A stretch of 55,313 nucleotides of DNA from a virus (lineage: Duplodnaviria > Caudoviricetes): IMG/VR virus record IMGVR_UViG_3300044676_002656, positions 1-55,313 of that record; one strand, given 5' to 3'. A model generated the notes under the pieces. It was not told the DNA's origin, did not search any database, and worked only from the letters and a program-made list of their open reading frames with translations. The position numbers and the translations under genes are program-made. Every line of letters begins with the position of its first letter. Positions within the stretch are counted from its first letter, which is position 1. Below are positions 19,484 to 26,699 of this stretch, one piece after another.

Positions 19484-19717
19484 AATTGTGGCTGGTGAAC
19501 GTTATATATATACAGAACAAAAAGCTACCCCCTCAAAAGGGGGGGACGGGGTCGCAAGCGACGACTTTTCAAAAAACGCCAAATCTTCGAAAGGGACCCG
19601 CCGATTGTTAGAGGATCATGTTGATCATGCCAGCTTGCGCTGGCATCTTTTCGCTCCGCTCAGTCATCATTGAAGTGTCATATTGATAAAGATATATGCA
19701 TAAACTTTGCTTTGTTG

Positions 19718-19745
19718 TTGATTCGGATGTTGTCATTGGTACTAT
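19718..19745 (+). promoter_or_regulatory. Sigma70-like early promoter
   Basis: TTGATT-16 bp-TACTAT with extended -10 TG, upstream of the first plus-strand gene. Confidence 0.5.
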
Positions 19746-19816
19746 TATCTGTTATTGTTTAGCTCTGTTATTCAATAAAGGATAACAGTTAATCAAAGCA
19801 ATTAAGGAAGTTTAAT

Positions 19817-20038
19817 ATGCAATACGGAAACAGTAAGGATATGTTCAAAGAGATCGGTATCGTTGATTCGCGATTATTCGCGGTCAGATCATCGTTGGAA
19901 AAATTGCACGAGACATTCTGCTACATGGATCTCGGCCAGCGCCGAATCTTAAAAGAATGGTTTGATTCTCACGAATCAATCACCGATGCAATCAATGCAT
20001 TTGCAGAATTAGAAGAAGGCAATTTCGCCGATCTATAA
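19817..20038 (+). CDS. Early hypothetical protein
   Basis: 73 aa; AAGGAAG RBS. Confidence 0.7.
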   Translation: MQYGNSKDMFKEIGIVDSRLFAVRSSLEKLHETFCYMDLGQRRILKEWFDSHESITDAINAFAELEEGNFADL

Positions 20039-20045
20039 ACCAAAC

Positions 20046-20063
20046 GGGCGCCTTCGGGCGCCC
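20046..20063 (+). repeat. GGGCGCC-TTCG-GGCGCCC hairpin, copy 1
   Basis: Perfect 7-bp stem with C(UUCG)G loop; no U tract. Confidence 0.85.
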
Positions 20064-20080
20064 AAATCGGAGTGCTAACA

Positions 20081-20242
20081 ATGGATAAGATTGGATACAG
20101 GACAGAGGACGGTTACACAATTCTCTTTAATGATAAGGGCGAGCTGGTCGATGGCGATATGATTTGGCCAAATGAGTCTGATTTTTTAAGAGCGATTGAA
20201 GCCGGATGGTTCGACGCGACACCGATTTTCAACCAAAAATAA
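20081..20242 (+). CDS. Small early protein (53 aa, MDKIGYRTEDGY...)
   Basis: Manual translation; GGAG RBS; fills the space between hairpins 1 and 2. Confidence 0.65.
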   Translation: MDKIGYRTEDGYTILFNDKGELVDGDMIWPNESDFLRAIEAGWFDATPIFNQK

Positions 20243-20247
20243 ACCTC

Positions 20248-20265
20248 AGGCGCCTTCGGGCGCCT
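20248..20265 (+). repeat. AGGCGCC-TTCG-GGCGCCT hairpin, copy 2
   Basis: Same core with a compensatory A-T outer pair. Confidence 0.85.
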
Positions 20266-20286
20266 TCATTCAATTAAGGGATTGAT

Positions 20287-20604
20287 ATGAACATTAAAAG
20301 ATTAGTAAAAGAGATTGCACGGTTAGAGAAGTCTAATGATGTGTTGGCGCTTAAGGCGCTCAAAAAAGAGCTGGACACCTTGAAAAAGGCACCCGCGAAT
20401 GCCATTCGAAATTCGATCGGCGTCAATGAAAAAGGGTTTACCCGATTCAACCATAAGCCGGACAATATGATTGTCACGTCCCGCGATGCTGGCAAGATCA
20501 TCGGGTCCATCAACTGGGAGGGACAGCGATGGGATTGGGGTTTAACGGTCCGAACACCGAGCCCAGCGATCCAGAAAGTCGTGACCATAAATCCATTCAT
20601 CTAA
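20287..20604 (+). CDS. Early hypothetical protein
   Basis: 105 aa; AAGGGA RBS. Confidence 0.7.
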   Translation: MNIKRLVKEIARLEKSNDVLALKALKKELDTLKKAPANAIRNSIGVNEKGFTRFNHKPDNMIVTSRDAGKIIGSINWEGQRWDWGLTVRTPSPAIQKVVTINPFI

Positions 20605-20610
20605 TCAATC

Positions 20611-20628
20611 GGGCGCCTTCGGGCGCCC
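20611..20628 (+). repeat. GGGCGCC-TTCG-GGCGCCC hairpin, copy 3
   Basis: Identical to copy 1. Confidence 0.85.
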
Positions 20629-20644
20629 ACACTGGAGAATCAAA

Positions 20645-20815
20645 ATGAAGTATCAATTTCAAGGCAAGCAATACCCAACCATTCAAGCGATGGTGCTGGC
20701 AGTAAACCCGATCATCAATGCATGGCCTGACGAGCAAATCGAGCTGTTCTACGTCAACAATGTATTGCCATTCGATAACCGATCAATCACGGAGATTATG
20801 AACGATGACAATTAA
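20645..20815 (+). CDS. Small early protein (56 aa, MKYQFQGKQY...)
   Basis: Manual translation; GGAG RBS. Confidence 0.6.
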   Translation: MKYQFQGKQYPTIQAMVLAVNPIINAWPDEQIELFYVNNVLPFDNRSITEIMNDDN

Positions 20816-20984
20816 TCGAGCACAGAGAATCGCGCTCCATCGCAAATGGATGCAGAACGACAACGGGATGTCATACCGGCAATTCAGAAGGTCCATCGTT
20901 CCAGGTATCGCGGGAAATTTTTTCATGGTCCAATGGTCAGGCATGTGGTTGGGCGTCGAAGATGACGGATACACTCACAGTTAA
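20805..20984 (+). CDS. Small early protein (59 aa, ends WSGMWLGVEDDGYTHS)
   Basis: Manual translation; overlaps the upstream stop; followed by a terminator. Confidence 0.65.
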   Translation: MTINRAQRIALHRKWMQNDNGMSYRQFRRSIVPGIAGNFFMVQWSGMWLGVEDDGYTHS

Positions 20985-20988
20985 AGAC

Positions 20989-21011
20989 AAGGACCTTCGG
21001 GTCCTTTTTTT
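20989..21011 (+). terminator. Rho-independent terminator
   Basis: AAGGACC-TTCG-GGTCCTT followed by a T tract. Confidence 0.85.
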
Positions 21012-21058
21012 ATGGGCGCTTACCTGGAACAGGCGTCCGCTGCCGGTCGCGCAATCTA

Positions 21059-21135
21059 ATATATAAAAATAGAAAGGTCGCAAGCTCGCAAGCTCGCGCT
21101 ATATATAAAAGCCTCGAGGTCGCAAGCTCGCAAGC
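21059..21135 (+). repeat. 42-bp-period direct repeat (ATATATAAAA...AGGTCGCAAGCTCGCAAGC)
   Basis: ATATATAAAA at 21059 and 21101; a 19-mer at 21075 and 21117. Confidence 0.8.
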
Positions 21136-21150
21136 GAGCACCTGTAACCC

Positions 21151-21203
21151 TTGACAATAGAAAAAAGATAGTGCTTTTAATACCTGGCGCATCATGGTAG
21201 AAT
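21151..21203 (+). promoter_or_regulatory. Sigma70-like promoter region
   Basis: TTGACA at 21151 and extended -10 TGgTAGAAT at 21195-21203. They are too far apart to be one promoter, so possibly two overlapping ones. Confidence 0.45.
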
Positions 21204-21234
21204 TCAACAACCAAGCAACTAATAAGGTGAAACA

Positions 21235-21849
21235 ATGAAAGTATCAGAAGCGAGAGAGAATGTCGGCGGGTTATCCAACCCGTCAAAAATGCCGAGCAAA
21301 TCCTACGGTCTACCCGCGCAAGCGTGCAAGGTCGGCGGGCAATTGCGAAACGTCAAAGGTTCAACCTGCGAGAATTGCTATGCTTACGATCGCGGTATGT
21401 ATGTGATGCCGGTCGTCAAGAAAGCGCAAGCGCGGCGCCTGGAAAAAATCACGCGCGAGGATTGGGCGCCAAGCATGGCGCGAGCAATCAATAAAGATAA
21501 GTATTTCCGCTGGCATGACTCCGGCGACATTCAGGACGCGGATCACTTCGCTAAGATTGTAGAAGTCGCACGCGCAACGCCCGACTGCCTCCACTGGTTG
21601 CCAACACGCGAAGCGCAAACGGTCGCGGCTTATACCGGCACGATTCCTGATAACTTGATTGTCAGAGTATCGGCCGCGATGGTAGACGGTCCCAAGCCCA
21701 AGCGATTCCGGAACACTTCAACCGTTCACGCTCGAACTATCCCCACCAATTCTCATATATGCCCAGCACCTAAGCAGGACAACGAATGCCGCGACTGTCG
21801 CGCATGCTGGGATAAAGACGTTGCCAACATCAGTTACCACCAGCACTAG
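21235..21849 (+). CDS. GP88-like Cys-rich protein (radical-SAM-like)
   Basis: SKMP...C...CENCYA, FRWHDSGD, HWLPTRE, C-terminal CPA...CRDCRACW. Confidence 0.75.
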   Translation: MKVSEARENVGGLSNPSKMPSKSYGLPAQACKVGGQLRNVKGSTCENCYAYDRGMYVMPVVKKAQARRLEKITREDWAPSMARAINKDKYFRWHDSGDIQDADHFAKIVEVARATPDCLHWLPTREAQTVAAYTGTIPDNLIVRVSAAMVDGPKPKRFRNTSTVHARTIPTNSHICPAPKQDNECRDCRACWDKDVANISYHQH

Positions 21850-21857
21850 GAGAGCAA

Positions 21858-22004
21858 ATGTATAAAGTCAACCTAAGAGACCGAGCCGACCGCGAAAGCG
21901 GTTGGTTTGATTCAGAGATCACCGGCACGCACGACCACTGCTATTCGCAAGTCCGCACGCTGTCACTCGACCTGCACTTCGAAGTTCGGATCGTCAAAAA
22001 ATGA
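21858..22004 (+). CDS. Small protein (48 aa, MYKVNLRDRAD...)
   Basis: Manual translation; AGGAG RBS. Confidence 0.55.
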   Translation: MYKVNLRDRADRESGWFDSEITGTHDHCYSQVRTLSLDLHFEVRIVKK

Positions 22005-22107
22005 GCCGCGAAGCCGCAAGCACGCAAGCGCCCTAGGCCGCAAGCAAATTGCCGCGTGTTGCAACATTCAAACAGACGCACGCACAAGCCGCAGGAAGGC
22101 CGCAAGC
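22005..22107 (+). repeat. Cluster of (GGC)CGCAAGC motifs
   Basis: Copies at 22013, 22023, 22036 and 22098 in an intergenic region. Confidence 0.65.
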
Positions 22108-22240
22108 AGACCCCCTGCCAATGCCCTTACCGACCCCTCAAACGCCCCTCACAGGGCTCTGTGGGAGGGGGAGGGCGCTATTCCCCACAACTTTTACCCA
22201 CAAAATGGGCGAATTCTCTTAGCGCTCTTTACACAGGGTG

Positions 22241-22270
22241 TTGACTCAACAACAAAGCAAATGATAAGAT
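22241..22270 (+). promoter_or_regulatory. Sigma70-like promoter
   Basis: TTGACT-18 bp-TAAGAT with extended -10 TG. Confidence 0.55.
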
Positions 22271-22304
22271 CGAAAACCCAAAGCAAACTAAAGGAAGACG
22301 CAAC

Positions 22305-22856
22305 ATGGAATCAAGAATCTCACTGAAGAACATCAAGCATGCGGCATTCGCATCACACGAAACGCATTGTTTCGAAGCGACTGTCTGCCTTGATGGCGAC
22401 CGAGCATGCAAGGTAGAGAATGACGGCAAAGGTGGATCCGATCATTACTACCCATACAAGGGCCAATCAAACGAAAGCTTCAACATCATGATCGTTAAGC
22501 TTCGAGAGGCATGCGCCGATCAGCTCAAGGTCGAAGATCCGGAGACCTACGAGCAATTCTGCCCAAGGTCAGAAAACAATGATGTGGACTATAGACGTCT
22601 CGGTGATACCTGCATTGAAATCGTTGTCTGCAACACCCTCAACACCTCGCTCATCAAGAAAGACATCAAGCGATTGATGCGTGCGAAGGTCCAACTGATT
22701 GAAGTCTCAAGCGGCAAGATATACGAGATCAAGTCCAAGCCTTTACCGGAAACCATAGAGCGGGTGAAGAAGCAATACGAGCCCGAATATCTCGTCTTGA
22801 ACACGCTGTCCGAAGAAGAACAGTTCTATCACTGGACCAAGACCACGGAGGCTTAA
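22305..22856 (+). CDS. Early hypothetical protein
   Basis: 183 aa; SHETHCFEAT...ENDGKGG; AAGGAAG RBS. Confidence 0.75.
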   Translation: MESRISLKNIKHAAFASHETHCFEATVCLDGDRACKVENDGKGGSDHYYPYKGQSNESFNIMIVKLREACADQLKVEDPETYEQFCPRSENNDVDYRRLGDTCIEIVVCNTLNTSLIKKDIKRLMRAKVQLIEVSSGKIYEIKSKPLPETIERVKKQYEPEYLVLNTLSEEEQFYHWTKTTEA

Positions 22857-22859
22857 GCA

Positions 22860-23150
22860 ATGGCAAATCTAAAGATCAATGATTTCATCCTAATGATTGA
22901 CGATCTGGCTGAGGTTCTGCTTGAGCGTGACAGTGTCGAGCTGAGGTATGAGTACGATGCCAAGTTCGATAGCTGGCACTTGGACGCGGAAGGCCAGAGC
23001 GATTACGAGGACTACACCGAAGAGGCCGAGGCTATCCTTCGGAAGATTGGCATAGGTCGCGAAGATGACGAGCCCTTGTTCGGATCCGATGTTGACCTTG
23101 ATCCCAACGTTGACCCCGCAGAAGGGACCATGGGTTGGGAGGGATCTTAA
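22860..23150 (+). CDS. Highly acidic small protein (possible DNA mimic)
   Basis: 96 aa, strongly Asp/Glu-rich; GGAGG RBS. Confidence 0.65.
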   Translation: MANLKINDFILMIDDLAEVLLERDSVELRYEYDAKFDSWHLDAEGQSDYEDYTEEAEAILRKIGIGREDDEPLFGSDVDLDPNVDPAEGTMGWEGS

Positions 23151-23338
23151 TGTTCGAGCAAGAAAGAAAAGCAATTGTGGGTCTCGCTATGGTTGTGATC
23201 ATAGCGATGGCCTTCATCTGGGTATCCAACGAAGACTACAAGCACGAAGTCGAGATGGAAAATCAATACCGCGAGATGGTATGCGCGGGTCACTGGCCGG
23301 ATTACTGGCAAACCAATCCAAACTGTAAGGGGAATTAA
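23150..23338 (+). CDS. Small single-TM membrane protein (start MFEQERK)
   Basis: TAATG coupling; hydrophobic IVGLAMVVIIAMAFIWV; C-terminal CAGHWPDY...C. Confidence 0.65.
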   Translation: MFEQERKAIVGLAMVVIIAMAFIWVSNEDYKHEVEMENQYREMVCAGHWPDYWQTNPNCKGN

Positions 23339-23339
23339 G

Positions 23340-23738
23340 ATGGGTATGTTTTCATGGTTAACAAACGACACGGGTGAATCCGTGACCAACAGATACACAG
23401 ACGAAGGCGCGTTGCCGGTCTATCTTCATGACAACGAGGGTAACGTGTGGCATGAGCCCGACTACGAAGGTTATGGTGAGTTCGGTGGCGTAGACTACTA
23501 CGAACTCCTCGCCAAGATGAACGGTCTCAAGACCCGAGGCGAAGGCATTGACCTTGAGTGTGACTTCTTCGAGTACATGTCCGCATCTCCTGAAGGTGCA
23601 AAGGAAATCATCTTTCCCAACATCGTTGAATCAAAAAGATGGACATGGGTAAACGAAGCGCCCTTGCATTGTCCTAACCAAGGATTCTTTAGCCTTCATC
23701 CAAGGGAAGAAGATGAAGACTTCGAGGATTACCTATGA
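23340..23738 (+). CDS. Hypothetical protein
   Basis: MGMFSWLTND...YEGYGEFGGVDYYELLAKMN...CPNQGFF. Confidence 0.7.
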   Translation: MGMFSWLTNDTGESVTNRYTDEGALPVYLHDNEGNVWHEPDYEGYGEFGGVDYYELLAKMNGLKTRGEGIDLECDFFEYMSASPEGAKEIIFPNIVESKRWTWVNEAPLHCPNQGFFSLHPREEDEDFEDYL

Positions 23739-23944
23739 TCAATTGTGACATATGCGGTACAGACACCAACGATGAAAAATCAAAGTGCGTCACTCACTCA
23801 GATTGGGTGGCGCATGGTGAGACTATGCCAAGCTGGATCTGCAACACTTGTTACACAAAAGGTGACTACGGTGACTTCGAAGACTTGATTCAGACAAGAA
23901 TAGGCAATGCAGAACTGCTGAGGAGGATGAATGAAAGTCCTTGA
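23735..23944 (+). CDS. Small Zn-binding protein
   Basis: CDIC...CNTC; ATGA overlap. Confidence 0.6.
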   Translation: MINCDICGTDTNDEKSKCVTHSDWVAHGETMPSWICNTCYTKGDYGDFEDLIQTRIGNAELLRRMNESP

Positions 23945-24863
23945 CCTCTTCTCCGGCATCGGTGGTTTCTCTCTCGGCCTTGAGTGGGCTGGGATGGAGA
24001 CCATCGCGATGTGCGAGAAGGATAAATTTTGCAGACAGGTTCTGGCTAAGCACTGGCCGGACATCACCATTCACGAAGACATAAGGAAATTAGATGGACG
24101 AGAATATAAAAACGCAATTGACGTTGTTTGTGGAGGATTCCCCTGCCAACCATTCTCAGTTGCAGGCAAGCAACTTGGAAAGGCAGATGACCGTCACCTC
24201 TGGCCTGAAATGTTACGAGTCATCAAAGAGTCGGCTCCCACTTGGGTCATTGGCGAAAACGTTTCTGGGTTCGTCCGGATGGCACTCGACGATGTGTGCT
24301 CTGACTTGGAAGGTGAAGGCTACCGAGTCCAATCGTTTGTTATTCCGGCTTGTGCCGTCGAAGCCCACCACCGCAGAGACAGATGCTGGGTTGTGGCCTA
24401 CTCCGACGAGAATGACCGGCGGCGAAGAGATAGCACCATCTCACAGGAACGGCACACATGGATGGAACATCGGAGCGGCGGTCAAGGACAGCCTCTCATC
24501 GAATCCGATTCGGATGTGGCCGACCCCCACTCTTCACGGGAACTACAACCGCAAGGGTCTGAGCAAGAAATCAGGCGATGGATTGGAGACAGCCGTGAGG
24601 ATGTGGCCGACACCGAGAGCGAGCGAGTACAAAGACTGCGGTCCTGTGGGCTCAAAGAGTCACACGCATATGGACCGGCGCTCGTACCTCTGTGCGAAGG
24701 CGAAGGATTCGGATCGACCTACTGGGAAACTGAGCCCGATGTGGACCGAGTGGTTGATGGGGTTCCCAATCGGGTGGACCGAATTAGATCCCTCGGAAAC
24801 GCGGTAGTCCCTCAGCTTGTACAACGAATAGGAGAAATGATCTATGCCGAGCACCAAAGATGA
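23931..24863 (+). CDS. dcm: C5 cytosine DNA methyltransferase, main (alpha) chain
   Basis: Motif I DLFSGIGG, IV GGFPCQPFS, VI ENV, VIII HRRDRCW, X LGNAVVPQ; no motif IX in this frame. Confidence 0.9.
   Translation: MKVLDLFSGIGGFSLGLEWAGMETIAMCEKDKFCRQVLAKHWPDITIHEDIRKLDGREYKNAIDVVCGGFPCQPFSVAGKQLGKADDRHLWPEMLRVIKESAPTWVIGENVSGFVRMALDDVCSDLEGEGYRVQSFVIPACAVEAHHRRDRCWVVAYSDENDRRRRDSTISQERHTWMEHRSGGQGQPLIESDSDVADPHSSRELQPQGSEQEIRRWIGDSREDVADTESERVQRLRSCGLKESHAYGPALVPLCEGEGFGSTYWETEPDVDRVVDGVPNRVDRIRSLGNAVVPQLVQRIGEMIYAEHQR
24094..24807 (+). CDS. Nested +1-frame methyltransferase beta chain (WPTP repeats plus motif IX)
   Basis: 237-aa ORF inside dcm; AAGGA 6 nt before the ATG; ends LSPMWTEWLMGFPIGWTEL. 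Confidence 0.72.
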   Translation: MDENIKTQLTLFVEDSPANHSQLQASNLERQMTVTSGLKCYESSKSRLPLGSLAKTFLGSSGWHSTMCALTWKVKATESNRLLFRLVPSKPTTAETDAGLWPTPTRMTGGEEIAPSHRNGTHGWNIGAAVKDSLSSNPIRMWPTPTLHGNYNRKGLSKKSGDGLETAVRMWPTPRASEYKDCGPVGSKSHTHMDRRSYLCAKAKDSDRPTGKLSPMWTEWLMGFPIGWTELDPSETR

Positions 24864-25197
24864 CGCCATCCTTGACGCGGATGACCCCGCTGCGAGCCTG
24901 GAAATTGTTGAAAAAATCGAGAAGCGAGGTGGGTTTCGGCCCAACTCCTCCTTCATGCACAAGAAAAAGAAAGCTCGCAAGTACAATTGCGATTGGTGTG
25001 GCATTGAGTTCGCAAGCACACACGTTCGCAACACCAAGAGATTTTGCAGTGATGCTCATCGGTGGAAGGAATACAACCTTGCCCGTAGTTTCGCCGCGAA
25101 GAAGCGTCTGACTGACAAAGCTCGCAAGAGTGGAAGCTTCAGACCACCATCAAGGGACGCAAGTGCCTTACTACTCAAAGCAAGAAAAGGAAAATAA
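24844..25197 (+). CDS. Basic Zn-finger protein
   Basis: CDWC...FCSDAH; Lys/Arg rich. Confidence 0.65.
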   Translation: MPSTKDDAILDADDPAASLEIVEKIEKRGGFRPNSSFMHKKKKARKYNCDWCGIEFASTHVRNTKRFCSDAHRWKEYNLARSFAAKKRLTDKARKSGSFRPPSRDASALLLKARKGK

Positions 25198-25198
25198 G

Positions 25199-25579
25199 AT
25201 GACAAAGAAATACAGAACGAAGCAAACCGTAATCGATGAGCAAAAAGAGCAGATCAAAGATCTTGAAGACAAAATAAAATTTGCGGGATTCCGAGAAGAT
25301 ACATACAAGAATAGGATTAAGTATGAAGCCAGAAAGTTTTCGGACGTTATTGGCGCTGAAGCATCGATCACCGTATGCGAAGATCACTATAGGCCGGACA
25401 CGCCAGCGACGGTTCTAGCCAACATTCAAGTTTTCGAAGAACTCTTTGACAATGAAGTTGGCGGAGAAATGAAGACCAATCTCCTCAAAGAGATGGACAA
25501 ACTTTCCGAAGCTTTATCTGAGTTTTACAGCGCCCTTGAATGTGAGGTTCGCATCAACATGAGCATCAATCGCTACTAA
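25199..25579 (+). CDS. Hypothetical coiled-coil protein (start MTKKYRT)
   Basis: ATG 25199 after AAAGGA; last plus-strand early gene. Confidence 0.65.
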   Translation: MTKKYRTKQTVIDEQKEQIKDLEDKIKFAGFREDTYKNRIKYEARKFSDVIGAEASITVCEDHYRPDTPATVLANIQVFEELFDNEVGGEMKTNLLKEMDKLSEALSEFYSALECEVRINMSINRY

Positions 25580-25580
25580 C

Positions 25581-25889
25581 CTAACCCTCCCCTTCGGTCT
25601 CATCTCGAGGCCGGAGGTGGAGGATGTTTGAGTTCGCCATGCTTCCCATCCGCTCATTAATTAATATTAACTGTTCGTGATTATCAGGTATTGCCCAAAA
25701 ATCTTTATCAAGCAGGGGCTGCCACCTTCCGAATTTCTGCACCTTGACCTCTATGTTCGGAAACCTAACATTTCGAAAATGTTCAGCGACTTCTTCCGCA
25801 GATTCCTTGCATGTGTAATGCCCATCCTTGAACCCAGTACCTACAAGAATAACGTCATAGTAGTCTTCGTGACTGTTATGCATCATCAT
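25581..25889 (-). CDS. Hypothetical protein
   Basis: About 102 aa; overlaps the TerS stop. Confidence 0.6.
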   Translation of the reverse strand: MMMHNSHEDYYDVILVGTGFKDGHYTCKESAEEVAEHFRNVRFPNIEVKVQKFGRWQPLLDKDFWAIPDNHEQLILINERMGSMANSNILHLRPRDETEGEG

Positions 25890-26637
25890 CTATCTCCTCA
25901 CTCTCCTCATCGTCATCTTCCCAGAACGAATCATCATCCTCGTCCGCCTCCTCATCAAGATCGTCATCACTTACGACATCGTCCTCGACATCTTCAACCT
26001 CGGCCTCGAGATCCTCCTCCTCGAGATCCTCCACCTCCACCTCATGCTCCTGATCAATGACCTCCACCTCTGATGGATTAATCACCTTGGGCGCAAGTTC
26101 ATTCTTCTCAATCAAAGCCATGAGTCTTGCCTCCACCTCTGAGCGGTCCATCTGATCGATCTTACCGGTCTTGATCTCCTTCTTATCAATCATCAACCCA
26201 GCAAGCTTTGCCCGTCCCAGCTCCGCCTGTACTGCCGCACCGTAGACACCATCCTCCATCGCCGCATCCCGAATCTTTTGCAGGTCACGCGCAACCTTCT
26301 CAAAAGTAATCTCATACTTTCTCTGCTCAAGATCCTTCATCTCCTGAATCTTTCCTTGGATATGGGTATACCTTGGATCGTTCAGCATCTTGGTCGCAGC
26401 GACTGCGGGAAATGAGTACCCTGCTCGATGAGCGCATTCGGTATTGGTCAGATCATGATAGACATACAACTGAATGAACCGTTCTTGCTTCGGCGTAAAC
26501 TTCATCTGCTTACGTCTTGGCTTGTACTGTTCTGGGTTCCTGAGAATGTCCTTACCTGGAGGAATCTTAAAGTCACCCGCCTCAGCCTCACGCATCACCT
26601 CTGAAACCTCATGCTTCATCTCGCCTGCATCACTCAT
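25876..26637 (-). CDS. terS: Terminase small subunit-like HTH protein with acidic tail
   Basis: FTPKQERFIQLYV...TECAHRAGYS...ATKML, AAVQAELGRAKLAGL; ATG 26637 with AGGAGG RBS. Confidence 0.72.
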   Translation of the reverse strand: MSDAGEMKHEVSEVMREAEAGDFKIPPGKDILRNPEQYKPRRKQMKFTPKQERFIQLYVYHDLTNTECAHRAGYSFPAVAATKMLNDPRYTHIQGKIQEMKDLEQRKYEITFEKVARDLQKIRDAAMEDGVYGAAVQAELGRAKLAGLMIDKKEIKTGKIDQMDRSEVEARLMALIEKNELAPKVINPSEVEVIDQEHEVEVEDLEEEDLEAEVEDVEDDVVSDDDLDEEADEDDDSFWEDDDEESEEIDDDA

Positions 26638-26699
26638 TTTTAAATCTCCTCCTACAACCCGCCACAAAATTTTTTTATTTTCTCAAGCCCTCTAAGAAT

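Noticed and set aside
19488-19673. 61-aa ORF upstream of terL
   Set aside because: No RBS; lies in the hairpin-rich divergent control region.
20046-22107. CRISPR array from the hairpin or CGCAAGC repeats
   Set aside because: Repeats are too short, spacing is irregular and gene-sized, and there is no cas operon. The Cas4-like gene sits in a recombination module.
21907-22326. 139-aa ORF across the CGCAAGC cluster
   Set aside because: It overlaps a better 48-aa ORF with an RBS and runs through repeats and a promoter.
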